Below, one piece after another: positions 46,501-50,942 of a stretch of DNA of 50,942 bases. The position numbers and the translations under genes were made by a program. The stretch covers positions 1 through 50,942 of the forward strand of contig DASRVB010000139.1 in assembly GCA_035687725.1 (NCBI GenBank), written 5' to 3'. Under the pieces are notes generated by a model. It made no database searches, had not been told where the DNA came from, and saw nothing but the letters and a program-made list of their open reading frames with translations. Every line of letters begins with the position of its first letter. Position 1 is the first letter of the stretch. This DNA comes from Gemmatimonadota bacterium. GTDB lineage: Bacteria > Gemmatimonadota > Gemmatimonadetes > JACCXV01 > JAHWKZ01.

Positions 46501-46741
46501 TCCGCCCGCCCTGCCGAGCCACGGCGCTCGACATGACTTCCAGCGCCTCGCTCACCCGCTCGAGCGCCGCCTCGGGATCCAGATCGTGCGTGGTGGCGAC
46601 CGAACCGCTCATGTCGGCGAAAAGGACGGTAACGAGCCGCGTCTCGTCCTGGCGGGACGCCGCCACAGGCAGGGTGGCGCCGCATTCGGGACAGAACCGG
46701 GCACCGGGTGCGACCTCGGCCTGGCAGCCCGGGCAGATCAT
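43559..46741 (-). CDS. zinc-ribbon / class III cyclase / STAND ATPase / TPR protein (paralog B)
   Basis: From the Met at 46741: MICPGCQAEVAPGARFCPECG, VTVLFADMSGS, YLGDGILALFGVP, MGPAVNLAARLQG, Walker A GEAGVGKSRL, and a helical-repeat C-terminal half. The upstream extension in the track ORF is Arg/Ser-rich junk. Confidence 0.9.
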   Translation of the reverse strand: MICPGCQAEVAPGARFCPECGATLPVAASRQDETRLVTVLFADMSGSVATTHDLDPEAALERVSEALEVMSSAVARQGGRIDRYLGDGILALFGVPRANEDDPVRAIRAALEMRDAARTRGFEITAGINTGDAYVGRVGSDVHRELTAMGPAVNLAARLQGRCEPGEVLVGESAWRIARRAFDFEPRETRIKGLAEPVAAWAALRQRPRPEVARGVEGLRAALIGRDEELGRLSDAIGKARAGAGQAVTVIGEAGVGKSRLLTEVRRLALGPNGNGGWLWLEGRCLESSASTSYAPIVDLLRERFPPGAGVAARVEPVAEEISGLAGDALAAERIDEVLVPILNLLSIPDPRALDFGDLPPQQVKARTFLAVVEYLRALADRHPIVLVLDDLHWADSLTLELVPRLVEGLSGSRSVLVCVQRPVQEHASRHLVPLIERHARGRYAELRLRPLDETETRRLVLALLGTEEFPSSALGAILEKAQGNPLFVEEVLRSLLASEQIAVGERGVAVADRLRVDDVPTTVQSIIQSRVDRIDDEPRRALQSAAVIGRVFSKNLLDEMVGAELDLDRALWQLEQHDLVFLDRVVPEEEYSFKHVFTRDTVYKSLLKKRRGALHLAAAQAIEELYADRLEEHVERLAYHYDRTDDAARAATYLFRAGEKSRRAHLNEEALQAFRRALERLATLTDDDSARDLRTRIRESIGDVLELGGSHDEAVESFERALADRPPEERLARGRLMRKAGSSRQIQRRREEALAFFDRAVEELGEPPADPSPEWNEERAAIELGRIMLQYFTSTADVLAEQIERSAPVVEARGTALQRALLFNSMALLGLRRERYVASAKTVEHARAGFDATFDVEPRLEVADVRFVYAFSLLWADRLDESERHLRELLAEAERVGYATLQSRCIAYIALIHRKRGDVAGARRWAYRTLEAGAASGMAEYVAAAESHLAWAALREGNLPEAADRARRAHEEGEKMGGAYRVLAWIVTWPLLAVSLEEGDLERAVGLARSLLAPEVQPATEPVREALGEAVAAADAGDRDLAYARVREAAARAREPGYL

Positions 46742-46742
46742 C

Positions 46743-48806
46743 TCAACCCGAGATCGGCGGGACGAGTTCCTGAGACGCAGGCGAAGACGCGGCCGCGGGG
46801 AGCGTGAACCGGAAGACCGCTCCGCGTCCCGGCTCCGACTCGGCCCAGATCCGGCCGCCCTGCGCCTCCACGATCCGGCGGCAGATCGCCAGGCCGAGCC
46901 CGGTTCCGGGAGCGCCGTGGTCGACATTCAGGCGCTCGAAGATGACGAACACCTTCTCCGCGTCGGCCGGATCGAACCCGCGGCCGTTGTCGACCACGTC
47001 GAAGCGCCACATCGGACCCTCCCGACTGGCGGAGATCCGGATCTCTGGCACCCGACCGTCGTGCCGGTACTTGATGGAGTTCGAGAGGAGGTTCTGGAAC
47101 AGGCCGGTCAGGCGCGTCTGGCCGACCGCGACACGCGGCAGCGAACCGACTTCGATGCGCGCATCGGTCTCCCGGATCGCCGACTTGAGTCTCTCCACCG
47201 CGTCGGCCACCGCCTGGCTCGATTCGGCCTCTCCGGCGGAAGGCCGATCGGCGGTGGAGTACTCGAGCAGATCGTCGATCAGCTCGTTCATCCTGCGCAC
47301 CCCCGCGAACACGAAGCCGGCCGAGCGACGGATCTCGGGCTCATTGATCTCCCGCAGCCGGTTTTCGATCAGCTGGACGTTGCTGACGATCGTCCGCAGG
47401 GGCTCCTTGAGGTCGTGGGATGCCGCGTACGACAGCACGGATAGCTCCCGGTTCGACCGATGCAGCTCCTCCATCCGGCGCTCGAGCTCCATCTCGTCGC
47501 GCTTCCGGTCGGTGATGTCGTGGCAGGTCCCGATCATGCGTCGCGGGAGCCCCGATTCGTCGCGGATGACGTAACCCTTGCTCTGAAGCACGCGGACGTC
47601 GCCGTCGGGCCGAACGATGCGCTCCTCGAACTCGAACTCCTCCGTTCCCTCCAGCGCCGCCCGGATGGAGGAGGCGGCATGATCGCGATCGTTCGGGTGG
47701 ACGCGCTCTATGTACGACTCGTAGGTGATCTCCACGGATTCCGGCTCCAGTCCGTAGATCCTGTACAGCTCGTCCGACCAGGCGACCTTGTTCGCCAGAA
47801 TATCCCACTCCCAGCTGCCGATGTGCGCCACTTTCTGGGCGTCGTTGAGGACCGAGCGGCTCTTCTGGAGCTTCTCGACGGCGTCCGCCAGCGAAGCGGT
47901 CCGCTTCCTGACCTGCTCCTCGAGCTCGTCGCGGCTGCGCAGGAGATCGAGTTCCACCCGCTGGCGCTCGCGCGTACCCGCCGCAAGCACCAGGACGGTC
48001 AAAGTGATCACGGTAACGAAGAGCTGGAGCATCAGCAGCGACTCGTTGATGGAACCGTCCGCGAAGGGACCGCCTTCCTGGAGCGTCCCGAAGAGCGCGA
48101 TAAGGGAGGTAGCCACGGCGGCGCTGGCGGCGCCACGGCGTCCGAACCGCAGGGCTGCCCAGATCAGCGGAGGCAGGACGGCGAACGAGGCCGGCATGCT
48201 GCGATGGAACACGAACCAGGCGGTGACGCCGAGGATCGAGGCCAGCGCGACCGCCTCCAGGGGCTTGCCGGGAACGGGTCGACGTCCGGCCTTGCGCGAC
48301 CAGAGGACGATCAGTGGCGTGAAGATGAGCGCTCCGCCGAGGTCGCCGAGAAACCAGGTCAGCCAGACTTCGAGCATCTGGGACTGCTCGGCATAGCCCC
48401 CGGCCCACAGACTGAACAGACCGACAGTGGCGCTAAGCGCCGTCGCCGGCAGGACGAGGGCGGCGAAGCGGAGGACTCCCCGTGGCCGCTCGAACGATGC
48501 GCTGCCCGCCGCGAAGCGATTCACGAGCTCGGCCGCGACCACCGCCTCGAGCGTATTTCCGATCGCGATCCCGGCCGAGGTGGTGATAGAGCCGGTGGTG
48601 GTGACGTTGACGAGGAAGGCGGCGAGGGCGACGGCCGGCCAGATCCGAAGGCCGAAGAGGAGCGCGGCGGCGATGGCGATCCCGCTCGGGAGCCAGAACG
48701 GGCTCGCGCTCTCGTTCACCGAGGCCAGGGCCAGTCCGAGCTTCCCGGCCAGGAAATAGAGGAGCGATGCGGTGGCGAGATCGAGCAGGTATCGCCTGGC
48801 GCTCAC
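46743..48806 (-). CDS. sensor histidine kinase: MASE1 membrane domain - PAS - HisKA - HATPase
   Basis: LLYFLAGKLGLALASVNESASPFWLPSGIAIAAALLFG (MASE1-like), PAS (HIGSWEWD...VAWSDELYRIYG), H-box SHDLKEPLR, G-box [18 protein letters not shown]. Confidence 0.9.
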   Translation of the reverse strand: MSARRYLLDLATASLLYFLAGKLGLALASVNESASPFWLPSGIAIAAALLFGLRIWPAVALAAFLVNVTTTGSITTSAGIAIGNTLEAVVAAELVNRFAAGSASFERPRGVLRFAALVLPATALSATVGLFSLWAGGYAEQSQMLEVWLTWFLGDLGGALIFTPLIVLWSRKAGRRPVPGKPLEAVALASILGVTAWFVFHRSMPASFAVLPPLIWAALRFGRRGAASAAVATSLIALFGTLQEGGPFADGSINESLLMLQLFVTVITLTVLVLAAGTRERQRVELDLLRSRDELEEQVRKRTASLADAVEKLQKSRSVLNDAQKVAHIGSWEWDILANKVAWSDELYRIYGLEPESVEITYESYIERVHPNDRDHAASSIRAALEGTEEFEFEERIVRPDGDVRVLQSKGYVIRDESGLPRRMIGTCHDITDRKRDEMELERRMEELHRSNRELSVLSYAASHDLKEPLRTIVSNVQLIENRLREINEPEIRRSAGFVFAGVRRMNELIDDLLEYSTADRPSAGEAESSQAVADAVERLKSAIRETDARIEVGSLPRVAVGQTRLTGLFQNLLSNSIKYRHDGRVPEIRISASREGPMWRFDVVDNGRGFDPADAEKVFVIFERLNVDHGAPGTGLGLAICRRIVEAQGGRIWAESEPGRGAVFRFTLPAAASSPASQELVPPISG

Positions 48807-48915
48807 GACGCTGGGCAGACCAGGGGGCCCTCCCTCTCCTCGAGCATTCTCCGCTGACGCGACCGTGACTTTATTCTACGTTCGGCAGCCGCTGGAGGGG
48901 AGAGCGGGGAATGTC

Positions 48916-49635
48916 TCAGAGCCCCGGCCGCGCCAGATCGATCCGGTACTCTCCGGTTTCGGTACGTTGCGCCGCGGTTCGGAGTTCTTCTCCCGACCGG
49001 ACGAGAACGGCGGCATTTCCGACGCGAATGGTGATCGCGGGGCCGGCCAAGGGGAGCCGGATCGCATAGCTCGATCGCGCCCCATCATTCGCGATCGTCA
49101 CCCGGTCGGGTCCGGATTCCAGGTCGACGGGCTCTCCCACAACGCGGATCTCGACCTCGGGCGTATCGATCAGCTCGACCAGCACGACTCCCGACTCCTG
49201 GCCTCCGGCGAACACGATCTCGAAGGGCGCCGTCGGCTGGATCGAAAGCCCGGAAACGGATCCGGGGCCGACGGACTCTACCTGCGCTTCCGGAACCGGG
49301 GCCTCGCGCTCGAGCCGATCGATCCACTTCCGCAGAGGAGAATCGGGGAGCGCGTAGAGAATGCCCGCGCCGAGAACGCAGGCGATCGAAGCCGCAACCA
49401 GGAGCCGCGCGCCCCTTCGCGACCCGGGCGCCTCGAACGCCTGCCAATCGAAGGGCGGCGCCTCGTGATCCAACGCCTCCAGGAGGCCGAACACGCGGCG
49501 CTCCCGCAGCCGGGATTCCTCCAGCGCCGCATTGCACACGGGGCAGCTGGACAGGTGCTCCCGCGCGGCGAGGCCTCGTTCTGCGTCCAGCTCTCCGTGC
49601 AGAACGCGCTCGAGGGTTTCTGCGTCAAGGTGCAT
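48916..49635 (-). CDS. anti-sigma factor (zf-HC2 type, single-pass membrane)
   Basis: From the Met at 49635: MHLDAETLERVLHGELD...HLSSCPVCNAALEE (HxxxCxxC), TM LLVAASIACVLGAGILYAL, and a periplasmic C-terminal domain. It overlaps the sigma gene by 11 nt. Confidence 0.8.
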   Translation of the reverse strand: MHLDAETLERVLHGELDAERGLAAREHLSSCPVCNAALEESRLRERRVFGLLEALDHEAPPFDWQAFEAPGSRRGARLLVAASIACVLGAGILYALPDSPLRKWIDRLEREAPVPEAQVESVGPGSVSGLSIQPTAPFEIVFAGGQESGVVLVELIDTPEVEIRVVGEPVDLESGPDRVTIANDGARSSYAIRLPLAGPAITIRVGNAAVLVRSGEELRTAAQRTETGEYRIDLARPGL

Positions 49636-50185
49636 GCTCAGCCTCCTCGTAGGCATCCTCGAACGCCCGCTTGGCGCGCGCGAGGAGCGTGCCGACGCTC
49701 GTCTCGTTGAGCTCGAGCACCTTCGCGAGATCCCGATAGCTGTACCCTTCGGCTCGCAGGAGGAGCAGCTCCCGCTCCCGGGAAGGGAGCCGGTCGAGCG
49801 CGTCGCGGACCTTTGCCTGGAGCCGGAGGGCTTCGAAGCGCTCCGCCGGCGACGGACCGGAGGCCGGTCGCAGATCGCCGGCGTGTCGGGCGGTCAGTCG
49901 CGCCCGCCGGCGGGCCGTCGAGCGCTCGTTCCGGAACAGGTTCAGCGCGACGGTCACGAGCCAGCGATCCGGTTTCTCCGGCAGGAACCCTCTGCGGAAC
50001 AGGCGGACGAACGCCTCCTGCGCGATGTCCGCGGCGAGGTCCGGATCTCCCGACAGACGGTCGAGATACCGGAAGATGGAGGCGTAGTAGGCATCGTGTA
50101 CCTCGCGGACGAGCTCCGGGAAGGGCAGGGATCTCCGCTCCCCCGGGGATTCGATCACCGTCGCGGTCGAGCTTCCGAGCGACAT
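49625..50185 (-). CDS. ECF (sigma-70 family, group 4) RNA polymerase sigma factor
   Basis: From the Met at 50185: region 2 is DIAQEAFVRLFR...PDRWLVTVALNLFRNE. Region 4 is LPSRERELLLLRAEGYSYRDLAKVLELNETSVGTLLARAKRAF. Confidence 0.9.
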   Translation of the reverse strand: MSLGSSTATVIESPGERRSLPFPELVREVHDAYYASIFRYLDRLSGDPDLAADIAQEAFVRLFRRGFLPEKPDRWLVTVALNLFRNERSTARRRARLTARHAGDLRPASGPSPAERFEALRLQAKVRDALDRLPSRERELLLLRAEGYSYRDLAKVLELNETSVGTLLARAKRAFEDAYEEAEHAP

Positions 50186-50255
50186 TCGGTACAGGAGCCG
50201 ACGAGTGGGCGAGTCCGTGACATGGCGCAACGCAGGCGGGAGGTCGTCGCCGGGA

Positions 50256-50942
50256 TCAGAATCGCCAGCCCAGTCCGAGCGTGAGCGGAGCCCTCGGTCG
50301 CATCTCGATGGGAGCGCTCTCGCCGCTCGCGGGATCGACGAGGTAGGTGAGGACGTTCGCGCGGCCCAGCAGATTGCTGCCGGTCGCGAAGGCCTCGACA
50401 CTTCCCTCCCGCCGGCCCAGCACGAAGTGCCAGTGCTTCCGCAACGAGACATCCAATCTGTTGTAGGCCGGCAGCTTGCGAGCCCCCAGCTCGCCCAGTT
50501 CCTCAGGGGTGCCCGCGAACTCGCACCCCAGGTCGAGCAGGTTGCAGGCCTCCCACTCCAGGAGCCCGATGGCGTCGCTCCCCCGCCGGCCGAACTGCCC
50601 TATCCAGCCTACCCGGATCGAGAGCGTCGGGGTCGGAAACACGATCGCGCCGAGCCTCGCGCTTCGGCTGGCCGCGTAGCCGGGTGTCCAGCGCTCGCTT
50701 CCGGCGCGCAGCTCGACCCGCTCGACGCCGGCGGATCCGGTGACCGCGTAACGCGCAGATCCGATCGAGAGGCCGGCCGCGGCTCCCAGGACCGTGCCCG
50801 AGCCGCGCCGGACCGTTGCGCTCGCGAACGGCTGCCCATCTTCCGGGTCCAGCATGGCGAGGTCGTCGAGCGAGCGCGCGTACGCCTCGAGCTCGACTCG
50901 CGTGCCGGCTCTCGGAAGCGCCACCATCCCCACCGCTACGTA
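50256..50942 (-). CDS. TonB-dependent receptor-like outer-membrane beta-barrel, C-terminal fragment (5' end beyond the window)
   Basis: Alternating beta-strand pattern ending ...APLTLGLGWRF, with the terminal aromatic residue characteristic of OM barrels. It contains YNRLDVSLRK. Confidence 0.65.
   Translation of the reverse strand, partial: YVAVGMVALPRAGTRVELEAYARSLDDLAMLDPEDGQPFASATVRRGSGTVLGAAAGLSIGSARYAVTGSAGVERVELRAGSERWTPGYAASRSARLGAIVFPTPTLSIRVGWIGQFGRRGSDAIGLLEWEACNLLDLGCEFAGTPEELGELGARKLPAYNRLDVSLRKHWHFVLGRREGSVEAFATGSNLLGRANVLTYLVDPASGESAPIEMRPRAPLTLGLGWRF

Noticed and set aside
48873-48878. TAGAAT (minus strand) upstream of the MASE1 kinase gene, considered as a -10 box.
   Set aside because: No acceptable -35 lies at 16-18 nt, and ECF-driven read-through from upstream is equally plausible. 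The evidence is too weak to list as a feature.
1-50942. Scan for CRISPR arrays, rRNA genes, IS elements, transposases, integrases, prophage genes or known defence-system signatures.
   Set aside because: I found no regularly spaced direct repeats, no rRNA-like sequence, and no transposase, integrase or recombinase motifs in any frame I inspected. The only repeats found are the short tandem units reported above.

Overview
This is a high-GC (roughly 68-70% by eye), densely coding bacterial chromosomal segment. It holds about 44 supportable protein genes and one tRNA-Val(TAC). I found no rRNA, CRISPR array, transposase or integrase. The phylum cannot be established from the sequence alone.

Housekeeping genes: recQ, argE-like, hutF-like, pcm, purH, purN, mscL, gltA, a POT peptide transporter, a DedA protein, and a minus-strand chain of aldo-keto reductase, cyclase-family hydrolase, ferredoxin and Mrp.

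Three accessory or regulatory blocks stand out:
1. 9.4-14.5 kb encodes secreted and envelope proteins: a 1061-aa S8 protease with a tandemly duplicated PKD-LamG module, a small acidic membrane protein and lipoproteins.
2. 15.0-22.1 kb is a two-component and c-di-GMP signalling cluster: a CheY-like response regulator, a REC-GAF-GAF-HD-GYP protein, a 1096-aa hybrid histidine kinase and an MBL-hydrolase-REC fusion.
3. 37.1-50.9 kb contains two convergent paralogous zinc-ribbon / class III nucleotidyl cyclase / STAND ATPase / TPR giants. They bracket a B12-binding radical SAM gene and a DUF4382 lipoprotein gene. One of the giants is translationally coupled to a MASE1-PAS histidine kinase. An ECF sigma / anti-sigma pair and a TonB-dependent receptor fragment follow.

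Most interesting observations:
- the cyclase-STAND pair and the genes it brackets
- a 350-nt non-coding leader upstream of the radical SAM gene, with 12 GGA motifs in about 110 nt and a nested 48-nt dyad containing a perfect 16-bp palindrome
- an apparent 1-nt frameshift that separates the lipoprotein signal peptide of the DUF4382 gene from its body
- two gaplessly alignable 150-aa secreted 4-Cys paralogs 22 kb apart
- a tandemly duplicated 34-nt hairpin
- a lower-GC islet with an atypical LuxR-type regulator next to the tRNA
- an MscL with a C-terminal CxxC...CxxC tail

Many long ORFs in the supplied track are high-GC shadow frames and were rejected.
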